Shown: positions 41,927 to 53,451, numbered from the stretch's first letter. The stretch: 64,000 nt of DNA from Felis catus (GCF_018350175.1 NC_058368.1:85190001-85254000); one strand, 5' to 3'. Numbers and translations are program-made. The notes: generated by a model not told the origin, from the sequence alone.

Positions 41927-42226
41927 TTTTTAATTTATTTTGGGGAAGAGAGAGAGAAAGAGAGAGGTCATGATTAGTGGAGGGAGGGAGGAAGAGAGGG
42001 AGGGAGAGAGAGTGAGGGAGGGAGAGAGAGATCGAGAGAGAGAGAGAGGGAGAGAGAGAATCCCAAGCAGGCTCTGCACTGTCAGGGCAGAGCCCAACTT
42101 GGGGTTTGATCCCATGAACCATGAGATCATTATCTGAACTGAAATCAAGAGTCAGCCGAACCATGAGATCATTATCTGAACTGAAATCAAGAGTCAGCCA
42201 CCCAGACTGAGACACCCAGGCACCCA
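41927..42226 (-). mobile_element. Carnivore SINE with an internal perfect 42-bp tandem duplication
   Basis: 'gaaccatgagatcattatctgaactgaaatcaagagtcagcc' occurs at 42116-42157 and 42158-42199. Confidence 0.92.
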
Positions 42227-42929
42227 CAATCTTCTAAAAATTTAACTGTAGATCAAGCCACAACTTTAAGCTCCAGATACAAGTATCCAATTGTATTTCA
42301 TATCATTTTTTGAAGTCTCTCATATGTGTATAAATACTTTTTTTATCTCAATATGCAGAGCCCAGGACTTTCATTACCATAGATGTGCCCAACAATTAAC
42401 GCTAAAGGGAGTATTCTGGTTGAAATGAAAAGATGATAGACAGTAACTGTAGGTCATATGAAGCTATAAAGATCTCCAATAACATAGAACATAGAACAAA
42501 GTATTATAATTTTGGTTTTTAACTCTATTTCTTATTTATTCTGACTTAAAGTTTAAGCACATTAAAACAATGTTAAATCTATTTTAAATGGAAGTCAGCA
42601 TCATGGTGGCATGAGGTGTCCCTCCTTTGCAACTTCCTCTTTATTTACAATAAATAAGACATTCATACATGATCAAAAGTGACTCTGTGGAAGTGGCTGG
42701 ACCCAACACCAAACTCCAAGGGAGTCACCGGCATGAACATCTGCTTACAGATGTAGGCAGAAAGATGTAAGTATGGGCATTGTAAAGAGCTGGATTCAGC
42801 AAACCTGCCCCACACCCTCTCAGGTGAAGTTGGGAAAAAACTAGAGTCTGCTGACTTGTACAGATACCCATGGACAAGAAAGAATTTATAGCCACACATC
42901 CTCACCAAGAGGACATGCCAAGAACCAAG

Positions 42930-44150
42930 AAAACTAAATGGAGAAATGTTGTCTTCAACAAATGCTGTTGGGAAAACTAGATAGCCATATATAAAGAAAA
43001 ATGAATTTGTATTTCTACCTTATATCACTCACAAAAATTCATGTGACATGGATTAAAGATTAACATAAGACCTGAAACCTTAAAACTTCTACAAAAAAAA
43101 AAAAAAACTAAACTAAAAAAACATGAAAGAAGCTTCTTGACACTGAACTTGACAATGATTTTTTTTTTTGGATATGACACACAAAAATACAAGCAACACA
43201 TGTAAAAATCAACAAGTGAGGCTACAACAAACTAAAAAGCATTTGCCCAGCAAAAGAAAAAACAAAATAAACACATAACCTATGGAATGGGAGAAAATGT
43301 TTGCAATCCATATGTCAGATAAGGAGTTGAGACATATAAATAATATCCAACTGGACAACAACAAACAATCTGATCAAAAACTGAACAGGAACTGATACAG
43401 GAACTGAACAGAACTTTTTCCAAAGGAGATATCCAGATAGTCAACAGGTACTTGAAAAGATACTCAACATCACTAATTATCAGGGAAATGCAAATCAAAA
43501 CCACAATGAGACATCACCTCATACCTGTTGGAATGACTACCATGAGGTAGACAAGACGTGGTCAGTGGTAAGGAGAATGTGGAGAAAATGGAACCCTTGT
43601 GTGCTATTGGTAAAATGTAAATTGGTTCACTTAGTATGGAAATCAGTTTGGAAGTTCCTAAAACAATTTAAAAAAGAAAAAAGAAAAAGAAAAAGGAAAG
43701 GAACTACCATATGATCTAATAATCCTACTTCTGGGAATATAACCAAAGAAGATAGAGTCAGTATCTCAAAGAAAATTCTGCACTCTTACATTCAGTGAGG
43801 CATTATTCACAGGAGTTAAGATGTTAATGTTTTGTCAATGAATGAATGGATAAAGAATATGTGGTGTTTATGTACAATGGGATATTATTTGGGCATGAAA
43901 AGGAAGGCATTTGGGGCATCACTGATGTAACTCTAGGGCATTTTGCTAAGTGAGATAAGTCAGACAGAGTAAGACAAACAATGAATGACATCACTTATAT
44001 ATGAAATCTAAAAAAGCCGCACTTGTAAAAACTGAGAGTGGAATAGTGGTTAACAGGGGCAGGGCAGCAGTAGGGTAGGGACATGCTAAAGGATACAAAC
44101 TTGTAACGAGTAGTAAGTTTTGGAAAACTAATGCACAAGCAGCAAAAAGG
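42930..44150 (+). mobile_element. Old L1 3' portion (ORF2 C-terminus and 3'UTR), possibly preceded by its own 5' end at ~42590
   Basis: Recognisable L1 text 'ttcaacaaatgctgttgggaaaac' and 'atcagggaaatgcaaatcaaaaccacaatgag'. Confidence 0.8.
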
Positions 44151-45099
44151 TAAAAATGAAGTATTGAAACCAAGATGAATAAAAAAGAGAATGAAGAATA
44201 GAGAAGATCAAAGGAGCCGAAAGTGAAATGGGGACACTGGGGCCCAGATCTTAAGATCTCATCCTGCCCTATCGTGCACTTCCGCTAGGTGCGTCTGTGA
44301 GGATGATCCAGTGAGGGCTAGGGGACAGCACAGTCGGGACAACGCTCCTCACCAACCCCAAAGAGCCCCAAAGAGTCTGAAGAGTGGTTACGTGGCTTGG
44401 GCAGTTTGACAGATGTAGCCAGAGCCTCCGTTAGGTTCCATCTTTATATTTGCCATTGCTGGGTGACAGGGAGAACCACACTTCTGGGATTCACTGTGCA
44501 CATACCGTGGGGAGTCACTACTTTTCTGCATGGAGTGTTTGCAGTAGGGGTCCACCGGGAGGCTGCTGTCCTCTACAGCAGACTGTATGCGTGAATAAAC
44601 AAAGCCGACCTTAAAGCAGGTTAGTAAATTCTGTTTTCCTTGTTTTCCTGAGGACCAGAGCCACAGAGCACACTTACAGAATGCTGGGAAGAACCGCTAA
44701 GACTTGTTAGCTACAGGGCATCGCAAATCCCAGATGGGTGCCCTCAAGCAGTTCTCCAAAAAATTGCTCTTCACAAGGAATAATTTGTTTAGCTTGTAAA
44801 AACTAAGGTTTCCTTTTTTTTTCTTTTTTAATTTTCATATAGACACTAGAAAGACCCTTAGGTCATCGTAACACACTATGTTCCTATCACACCTTATTGT
44901 CGGAAAACACTGCTTGCATGCCCTCACCTAACTGGTTTTCTGGTTCTCCCAGGTTTTGGTGTCTCCTTACCTTACCTGAGATGGTCCGAGAAGGCTGACA
45001 TCAGTCACCTACTGCAGTTTTGGTGCACAATGAGATGAGACAGAAAGTAGCAGGAAACAGACAGAGACAGGAGCACCTTTCGGGCACCATATTTGTTCC

Positions 45100-45910
45100 C
45101 TCCGTTTTGGTAAAGCCCAGAGGGTCGCTTGCTTGTTTGCGCTCAGTCTCACCCCACAGAACCCACAGCTGTGGGGTCTGTGAGCACATCCGCTCCTGAC
45201 CATGGCTCTCAGAGGTTCCCAGGCTGTGGTTAGACAGTGACTGCGCTTGCGCACCTGCTGGCCGGACCTCAGAGGAGCAGTGTGGGCCGTATTTGCACAT
45301 GCGCAGCAGTCTAGTGCTCACAGAAGTAAGTTTGCAGGCCTTGCGTAGGTGGTGTTTGTGCATGCGTCCTCTCCATCCCCTTCAGCATGGCTCTGTCCTC
45401 TCCCTCATGGCTTGGCCGGGTTTGCGGCAGATTGATGTCCCTTTCTGAGGAGGTGGCTACTGGGATGAGGACACAGTGTTGCATGATAGCTACAGGTCAC
45501 AATGGACAGGAAAATTGTAAAGGCAGCCTAGGGGGTGGGGAGGCGGAAGTTCCAGGGGGCATGCAGGTGGCCTTTTGTTCAGGAGGAGGGTGGGGACGCA
45601 GAGGACACGGCTCCCGGTGGCCGCTCCACCTCAGCTCTCAGACGTCGGTGTGGTCCTGGACTGGCGGTGCCCACGCGAAGGCCCTGAGGTCAGTCCACAT
45701 CTCTCTACACGAGGGGTTCCGAGGAAAGGGGCTGTGGGGTCTCCGGAGAGGGGGCATCCTGCGCAGCATAGTGAGATTGGTACAACAGAGTAGGACCATG
45801 ACCTAGACCAGGGTTAGAGCCCTGAGGAGGAACCTGACCTGGACCTTAGGAAGTGCGGGGACAGCCTCATCATAATTGGATGGAGGAGTCTGCCCTGGAT
45901 GGGGCGGGAA
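45100..45910. promoter_or_regulatory. Candidate CpG-enriched promoter with clustered NRF1-like motifs, upstream of the FAM71/GARIN-like locus
   Basis: Local CpG enrichment. Near matches to TGCGCATGCGCA: TGCGCTTGCGCA 45242-45253, TGCACATGCGCA 45294-45305, TGTGCATGCGTC 45357-45368. Also a donor GTAAGT 45326-45331, ETS-like GCGGAAGT 45543-45550 and GC box GGGGCGGGA 45901-45909. Confidence 0.5.
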
Positions 45911-46580
45911 TCACCGAGGAGGTGAGGGCAGAGGAGTGTGGGGGAGAACCTGACACAGGGGAACCCTGAGCAGGACAGGGGAGGATCCAGACTGTGGTCA
46001 GGGTTGGGTTGATCCTGATCCAGAACAAGGAGGAAGGGGACTTAGGTCTACATGGAAAAGGCTTCCGAAGGGTGGAGTAAGTGAAAAACTCAGATAAAGT
46101 GGTTTGTCTTTGCTCAGATGGAAGTTATGGACACTTTTCTTGGGCATAGTGAGTCCACAGTGAAAGTAGTGAGCTGTTTTAGGCCTGAGGTCTGTGAGAG
46201 AGTCAGGAGCCAGCAGGGACTGTGTGCACAGTTGTGTGTCATTCACTGCACAAGGTCGTGCAAGTCATTCACTGCACAAAGGCAGCTGGCTGAGGGGTGA
46301 GGGGAGGGGTCTGCAGTCTGGCCTGTGCTCTGGGCTGTGTGGACATCCTGGTGCTGGGGATGCCTTCCTCTGGCTCTTACACAGGCACCACATGCTGACA
46401 GACTGTATAGGGATGGGGGCCGAATCTGCCCAAAGGACTCCTCTGTCTGAATCACAACGCTACAGGATGTGTGTGCTCATGAGCTCCTTGTGTGGGGAGG
46501 CTGGCTGCAGGAAACTGTCTAAGTTTAAGGGCAAGAAGTAACCTGCCTCCCCTTTCTTGGTGTGTTAGTGACAGGCAGCC

Positions 46581-46736
46581 ATGGACAGCAACCTGAAGTT
46601 GCTGTGTGATGGCTCCCGAAGCTTCCAGATGTTGCACATTTTCAACAAGTCTGTGGGGAAGCTGCAGGGGCTGCTGTGCAAGGGGGAGTACGCCCTGCTG
46701 AAGCACTTGCTCATATTTGAGAGTGACTTTATACAG
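46581..46736 (+). pseudogene. FAM71/GARIN-like coding exon 1
   Basis: Strong Kozak context gcagccATGG; 52 codons MDSNL...FESDFIQ; donor CAG|GTGAGG (phase 0). Confidence 0.9.
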
Positions 46737-47106
46737 GTGAGGTGTCCCACCCCCTCCTCCTCCCTCCCTTTCATTCTTTTCTGTCCACAGCAATTTATTG
46801 AAGACTTGTTACATGCTGAGTGCACAGAGAGTCTTCAGTGACATCTCCAGCAGGTAGAGGAGAGATACAGTTGTTCTGTTTTGTTTTTTTCACTTACTTA
46901 TGTACACACCCAGTTTTAACAGGTGGCTGATCCCTCCCATACTTGCATCAGAGGTATTATTGTTTAGAGGAAAACAAAAACCAAACATGAATATGGTTTA
47001 CTCTTCTGGACACACTTCCCTTGTTGCATTTCCATTTCTCCCCAGTTACCACTATCTCAAATTTGGTCATTATTCTCATGCAGGTTTTGTCCTTTCCTAT
47101 ATATTT

Positions 47107-47315
47107 ACTTATTTTTTAAAGTTTACTTATTTATTTTGAGAGAGAAAGAGCAGGGGACAGGCAGAGAGAGAGAGAGAGAGAGAGAGACAGAATCCAAGCA
47201 GGCTCCACGCTGTTAGTGCAGAGCCTGATGTGGGGCTCGAACTCACAACCGCAAGATCATGACCTGAGGTGAAACCAAGAGGTGGAAGCTTAACCGACTG
47301 AGCCGCCCAGATGCC
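47107..47315 (-). mobile_element. Carnivore SINE (intron 1)
   Basis: Antisense SINE body with (GA)n tract. Confidence 0.9.
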
Positions 47316-48381
47316 TCTGTCCCCTTCTATATGCTTACTAAATGTTTTATGACTCTGGGAGGCACAGTGCAGTCTTCTCATGTTGTACCTATGGATGTTC
47401 GACATGATTTCACACGGGCTGTGCCATTTGCAGCTTGCTTTTTCTCGTTCAGTGTGTCGTAGGAACTTGAGGCTCCACAGTCCTTCTTATTTTTCTGATT
47501 CTCTCCAATATCCAAAGCAAAAAACAATTTGGTGTCCATTTCCTGTGAGCCTTACAACAACCTTTCTATGGAGGCACAACAGACATCCCCATTTTGCTCA
47601 GGAGCAAACTGAGTTCCAGAGAGTAAAGTGAGTTTCTCAGACCATCAGGTGGCTGAGGCCCAGGTTTTCTGGATTTCAGCTCAAAGAATTTCTAGTCTGT
47701 ACTGGTTTCTGGATGAAGGTGTGGGTCATGGCAGTGCAAACCAGATGTTGGATGTGAGCAACTACACACCTTGTGAGTGTGAGAGAGGAGGGGAAAGGAA
47801 ACACATGAGGACCAGCCAGGGAGCTGCATGATTTATCATTGATTCTCAACCTCGACAAGTCCTTGGAATTACCCGCAAAGTGTAGGAAACACTGTACCCA
47901 GGACCCACTCCCAAGATTCCTGCGGAATGACTCAGGCTCTCTGGGCAGCAGACACTTCTGAGCTTCCAGCTGATTGAAATGTACAGGCAGGATTAGGGAT
48001 CAGTAAACACATGCAGACACAAGACACAAATGATTAATCTTGCTCAACTATTTGACAGTTTGGCGTAAGTGGTTGCATTATGCCCCTTTATCCTTAAATT
48101 CTTCATGCATCTTCTCAGAACTTGGACTTTGCTTGTGCAACCATGATGCAATTTGTTGAAATTTGATATTGATAGAATGTGTGTTACATTTTCTCATTTG
48201 TCTGAATAATAGCTGTATTTCCTAATCCAGAATCATGGATTACACTTGATTGTCACACCTCTTTAATCCTTTAGTCCAGAATGATCCCTTTGCATTTCAT
48301 TGTTTTTTTGCATTAGAATTTTTGAGGTGAAAAAAGCTTTTTAAAAATAAAAATTAATAAAACGTTCATTTTGCACAAACT

Positions 48382-48417
48382 CTACACTTGATCTTAGCCA
48401 AAAGGCCGAGAAGCGAT
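48382..48417 (-). pseudogene. RNU2: 3'-truncated U2 snRNA pseudogene (nt 1-36)
   Basis: The reverse complement reads ATCGCTTCTCGGCCTTTTGGCTAAGATCAAGTGTAG, identical to the vertebrate U2 5' end as I recall it. Similarity stops at nt 37. Confidence 0.93.
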
Positions 48418-48874
48418 ATTTTGGGGGGAAAATTCTAAATTTGTTTACTTAGACACTTACTGAGAAGTGCTCAAGTTATGTCCAGTGTCTTATTGTTGAA
48501 ATTATGGTGATGAACAACTTTGTGTGTGTGCAAGTAAATGTAGAATACATTTTCAGAAGTTGAATTGCTGGGTCTTAGGCTGTGCATGTTTTTGTTATTT
48601 TACTAGTGATCACATGCACTTCTAGGTAGGAAAATAACACATGCACCTTGAGGAAGGGGGGTTTGGCTCCTATGACAGGTCAGATTGCAGAGGGAGATGT
48701 GAATCAGTTCTGTTGATACAGGGCTTGAACTACCTGTGAGGGAACACTATCATCCCTTTGAGTTCTTGCCACAGGCCAATAACTGCGGTGGCCACTTTAT
48801 TTAGGAGCAGAGCAGAGGAGTGCAGATGCAAGAGAATGTAAGATAAGGCCTTTTCCTGTTTCTTCCAACAACAG

Positions 48875-49077
48875 ATCAACAAAAGAGGAGAAGTGATTGA
48901 TGTGCACAACAGCGTGCAAATGGTGACAGTGGGCATTGCATACACTAGCCAAAACCTAACAATACCTGATATCGTGTTGCTGGCACAGCCAGCTGTGAGC
49001 TATGCAGTCAGTGCCAGAAATGACCAAGATACCCAGGGAAAGGGCTTCAAGTCCACAAAGAGCTTGGAGCTGACTGG
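48875..49077 (+). pseudogene. FAM71/GARIN-like coding exon 2
   Basis: Acceptor ttttcctgtttcttccaacaacag|ATC; translates INKRGEVIDVHNSVQMVTVGIAYTS...SLELT; donor GG|GTGACT (phase 2). Confidence 0.92.
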
Positions 49078-49391
49078 GTGACTCCAGGAATTTTAGTGCC
49101 TCCCTGTAAGATGTATCCAGGAGGAACATGACCATCAGGCACATGATTCCCCATAACACAGAGCCCTCCGTGACCAGACCAGTAGCGGTGGGGTGGATTC
49201 AGAGGAGAAATCAGACACAGCTATAGGATCCACAAGGCTTTGTTGGGAAAGTGGTTGTTGATTAGGTAGGAAGGGTTATGGGAATAAGACTGGAAGAAAA
49301 GCTGGGAACAAATAGTAGGAGGCCTTGCATGGCAGAGTCAGTGAGGGGTTAATTCCTACAGTTTTGGGAGGTGGTCAGGAGACATCAAGGG

Positions 49392-49615
49392 TTTTTTTAA
49401 AATTTTTTTTAACATTTATATATTTTTGAGAGATAGAGAGTGTGTGTGAGCAAATGGGGGAGGGGCAGAGAGAGAGGGAGACACAGAATCTGAAGCAGGT
49501 TCCAGGCTCTGAGCTGTCAGCACAGAGCCCAACATGGGGCTCTAACTCATGAACCATGAGATCATCACCTGAGCCGAAGTCTGATGTTTAACCAACTGAA
49601 CCACCTTGACGCCCC
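49392..49615 (-). mobile_element. Carnivore SINE (intron 2)
   Basis: Antisense body; TSD-like 'caggagacatcaag' / 'caggagctatcaag'. Confidence 0.9.
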
Positions 49616-49838
49616 AGGAGCTATCAAGCTTTAGTCAGGAGTGCGATGAGTTACATGATGTACCCTGAATTCAGACTGAACCTGTCAGTGCTAAGGAGGT
49701 GGATGTGAGGGCTGAGATCAAGTGGACAGGGCTCATGGAATGCTTCAAGAGAGGATTAAATTCTGACTAGCCCTAGAGATCCCCTTACTCCTCCTTCCCA
49801 CCTACCCCAACCTAATCCCCCACTTTGCTCCCCAACAG

Positions 49839-50096
49839 GCTGCTTCCTTTGAAGTTTGTGAAGATATCCATCTACAATTAAAAAAAAAAGTTCCACTTGA
49901 AGCTTGTCACTGGACGCTCTTTTTACCTACAATTTTGCATCCCCCAGATGCAAAGGAAGATCTGTTTGCATGCTGGGAAGACTTAGTGTACCTGCGGAGA
50001 CCACCAGTAGAGGCTTACAGTGGGACCCTGGGCCAGCCGGCGGGTGACATCATCTCCATTCCTGTGCTGGAGGGGGAGAACAAGAAGAAACCAGCA
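49839..50096 (+). pseudogene. FAM71/GARIN-like coding exon 3 (disrupted)
   Basis: Acceptor ctccccaacag|G; reads [30 protein letters not shown] with TAA at 49879-49881. A frame change within 49933-49946 leads to PDAKEDLFACWEDLVYLRRPPVEAYS...KKPA; donor GCA|GTAAGT (phase 0). Confidence 0.9.
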
Positions 50097-50829
50097 GTAA
50101 GTCTCTGCAGAGACTCTTGGAGAAGGGCCAGGGTGATTTGGAAAAGCTGCCAAGTCTCCTCCAGGCTTCTCTCTGAGGCTTAGCGGGAGAAGGCATTTCA
50201 TTTGGAAGGATTCAGGCCAAATAAGGCACCGTGTATAGACCTTCCTACCTTGGAAAGGTTCCAAGTGCTTCTGAATATCTGTGGTCCCTTAGATGTCACC
50301 TCCTCTAATCTCATACCCAGTGTTGTAATGCCCTCAACAGCATCCCCGCTGTCCAGTGCATTCTGGAACGATGACCATGACAGCCCAGGCAATCTGATCT
50401 GCTGTGGGATACTTTCAAATAGTAGAAAGTCTTTCCTTGATTTCTGTATACATCTGTGGCCTGGCAGCATGCCCTGTGTATATGTGCACATTTTGTTCTT
50501 AAGCATAAGACTGTAAAATGGCATAGCTCTTGACCAGCAGCCTCACTTTTAGGAATCTGTTTTGCAGAAATGCTAAGACGTGTATGAGATAAAAGTGTGA
50601 GGATGGTCGCTGGTGAATGGTAGTGGTTCTTTTCTGGCAGTGGAACTATGCGCAAAAAGTGGGGTGAGTGCTGTGGGGGTGCAAGAGCAGGGGTTACTGC
50701 ATCCGCTGGACTTGATGACCTCAAAGTCTCTCCTAATTATAATCTTGAGTGGTTTGCTTCAGGAAGGCAAGTGACAGTCTTCCAGTCTCACACTCTTCTC
50801 TGCTTCCCTGTTTTCTCCACTCGGCACAG

Positions 50830-51404
50830 GCCATGGAGCTCCACAGAGAAGGGGACCAAGATCGGCTCAGCATCCAGAGCCTTCCCATGGTTGCTGATGT
50901 GTCTGCAGCCACTTGCAGTGTTGCTTACACTGGTGGGGAAGGAGTCCAGCAGCATGGTTCCCACACACGCTGTGTGCTGAGGAATACACAGTCTTTTCTG
51001 ATCCCAGCACCCACAGGGCCTGACTGCTTGGCAGCTCCAGGGGCACTGGTAACTCTCAGAGGCAGCAGTGTGGTTTCAGGAGGGCAGACCATCAGCAGAC
51101 CTGTTACAGAGACCACTGAAGGCCCGAAAGTGGAAGCCTTCATGTCAGCCCTTCAGAGGGAAGGCGATGTGAGCAGAGTCTCCCAGCTCCAGGCGGAAGC
51201 CTCAGGGCAGAGAAAGGAAAAGGAACAAGCTCCCACCCAAAGGCCTGACCATCTTGGTAGGGTTGGGGAGGACAGTTCTTCCCTATCGTCACATAGAACT
51301 ACTTGGGGAGAGAAAACAGAGGAGCAGAGCAGCCTGCAGGGCCAAGGACACGGCTCCCCCTTCCCTGAATATTCCAGGCTCAGCTCCACCCTGAATGGGT
51401 CCTG
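50830..51404 (+). pseudogene. FAM71/GARIN-like coding exon 4
   Basis: Acceptor ttttctccactcggcacag|GCC; open frame AMELHREGDQDRLSIQSL...DVSAAT..AYTGGEGVQ...TEGP.V...SALQREG, resembling the GARIN3/4 C-terminal region; donor TG|GTGGGT (phase 2). Confidence 0.85.
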
Positions 51405-51762
51405 GTGGGTGCCCATATATCCCTCCCTTCTTGCTTTCCGTTGGCTTTACCTCATTCACTCATTTTCAGATGCCTAGGACTCAGGTGTGCAAGGTGAATC
51501 AGGGTGAGGGAAAGGATAGCCTAAGTAGCTCATGGTACAGGAGAAGGAACTGGACCCTCCTTTTCTCACTGCAGAGAATCCCAAATGCTAAAATCACGGA
51601 TAGCACAGGAAATGAGCACCACAATCAGAAAACATATTGTGAGTTTGGTATGGACTGGCTATGCCGGTCTCTGAACTGTGAGCTCTGAGAGTGAGGGGAC
51701 ATGCATGGAGGTCACCTCCACTGTGCAGTGAGTAGATAGCTCCTAAGGAAGAAAACTAAAAT

Positions 51763-52770
51763 TCCCCTCCTCCTCCTCCTCCTCCTCCTCCTCCTCCTCC
51801 TCTTCCTCCTTCTTCTTCTTCTTCTTCTTCTTCTTCTTCTTCTTCTTCTTCTTCTTCTCCCTTTCCCTCTCCATCTCCCTCTCCCTCTCCTCCTTCCCTC
51901 GTCTTCTTCCTTCTCCTTCCTCCTCCTCCTCCTCCTCCTCCACTGCTTTTCTTCTTCTTCTTCTTTTTCTTCGTCTTCTCCTCCTCCTCCTCCTTCTTCT
52001 CCTTCTTTGTCTTCTTTCATCTTCTTCCTTCTTCTCCTCTTCCTCCTCCTCCTTCTTCTCCTTCTTTGTCTTCTTTCATCTTCTTCCATCTTCTTTCTTC
52101 TCCTCCTCCTCCTCCTCTTCTTCTCCTTCTTCTCCTTCTTTGTCTTCTTTCATCTTTGTGGGGGGCTGGGCCCCGGTGCCAGGCTGAGACCGGGTCGAGC
52201 AACATTCCCTGTTGACTTAGCCAACCCGGTGGTTCCCCCTCCCATTACCACACTTTCAAGGGCATACAAAAGCCTTGTCAAGGCTGAGAAAGTTAATTCC
52301 TGAAGCCTGTGGTCTGCAGGTGTTGGCAGTAATGCTACCTCCCTTTTTCCACCCCAAGTCAGATAGAAACAAACATGGGAATTGTGTTTTGCTAGCAAGC
52401 TTATCAACAAGGTCTTGTTGTGACCCGTTTAGAAAATTCACCAGGAACACAGAACTAAATGTTTTGGTTGGCAGCGATTATGTGAAACCTGTTTATTAGA
52501 ATGGCCTGACCCATAAGAGTCTGGATATAAAAGATTGTGTACAGCAACAATAAAGCCGTCACTTGGGCCCTCAGCCCAGGGGACCCTCCTGTTCCCAAAC
52601 TTTCTTCTCTCTCTTTTTTCTTGCATTCCCCTACCCTCAGGACCCTGACATCGGTGTTTGTCATGCCGGTCATGACACATCTTCTTCCATCTTCTTTCTT
52701 CTTCTTCTTCTTCTTCTTCTTCTTCTTCTTCTTCTTCTTCTTCTTTCTTCCTTCTTCTTTCTTCTTTCTT
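51763..52770. repeat. Long polypyrimidine (CCT)n/(CTT)n compound microsatellite with a higher-order repeat, split by a solo LTR
   Basis: Read directly. The unit 'ccttctttgtcttctttcatctt' recurs at ~52001, ~52060 and ~52134. Confidence 0.95.
52157..52677 (+). mobile_element. Solo retroviral LTR (521 bp), probably class II/betaretrovirus-like
   Basis: Starts TGT and ends ACA; perfect 6-bp TSD CATCTT (52151-52156 and 52678-52683); TATAAAA 52526-52532; AATAAA 52549-52554. Confidence 0.9.
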
Positions 52771-52966
52771 CTGTGTTTGTTTATTTTTCAGAGAGAGCAA
52801 ATGGATGCAAGTGGGGCAGGGACAGAGAGAGAGAGAGAATCCCAAGCAGGCTCTGCACCATCAGTGCAGAACTCAACACGAGGCTCAAACTTATGAACCA
52901 TGAGATCATGACCTGAACCAAAACCAAGAGTCGGGCGCTTAACTGACTGAGCCACCCAGGTGCCCC
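52770..52966 (-). mobile_element. Carnivore SINE whose tail abuts the (CTT)n tract
   Basis: Antisense SINE body ending 'gccacccaggtgcccc'. Confidence 0.9.
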
Positions 52967-53239
52967 ATTTTCTGCTTGCATTAATTGGGATCCACTGTTA
53001 GGATCCCTTTTTTGTTTCTATTCAACTGTTTATTTATGATGTGTCTGTATATTCTATGGGTTATAATTATTTTATTTTTTTACTACTCTAAGACCAATAA
53101 AAACTCCTTCACGTTGTATCCTGTTTCTTTAACAAGCCCCACCTTTTCTTTTTAGAACTTTCTGGCACTTCCAGATATCCCAGCTCATATTTTCCTACAG
53201 CATCCTTGCAATCAACTGCTTCTCCAAGAAGTCTCACCC

Positions 53240-53451
53240 CTTTTTCTTTTTTTAATGCATATTCATTTTTGAGAGACACAGAGTACGAACAGGGGAGGGG
53301 CAGAGAGAGAGAGGGAGACACAGAATCCGAAGCAGGCTCCAGGCTCCAAGCTGTCAGCACAGAGCCCGACGTGGGGCTCAAACTCACCGAACTGCGAGAT
53401 CACAACCTGAGCTGAAGTCAGATGCTTAGCTGACTGAGTTATGTAGGCGCC
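53240..53451 (-). mobile_element. Carnivore SINE
   Basis: Antisense SINE body. Confidence 0.9.

Noticed and set aside
50749..51477. 242-aa ORF as a stand-alone gene
   Set aside because: It is exon 4 (50830-51404) of the FAM71-like locus plus read-through into flanking introns.
51712..52916. Poly-Arg/Glu/Lys/Phe/Leu ORFs resembling protamine-like or acidic proteins
   Set aside because: They are translations of the (CCT)/(CTT) microsatellite, the LTR and a SINE.
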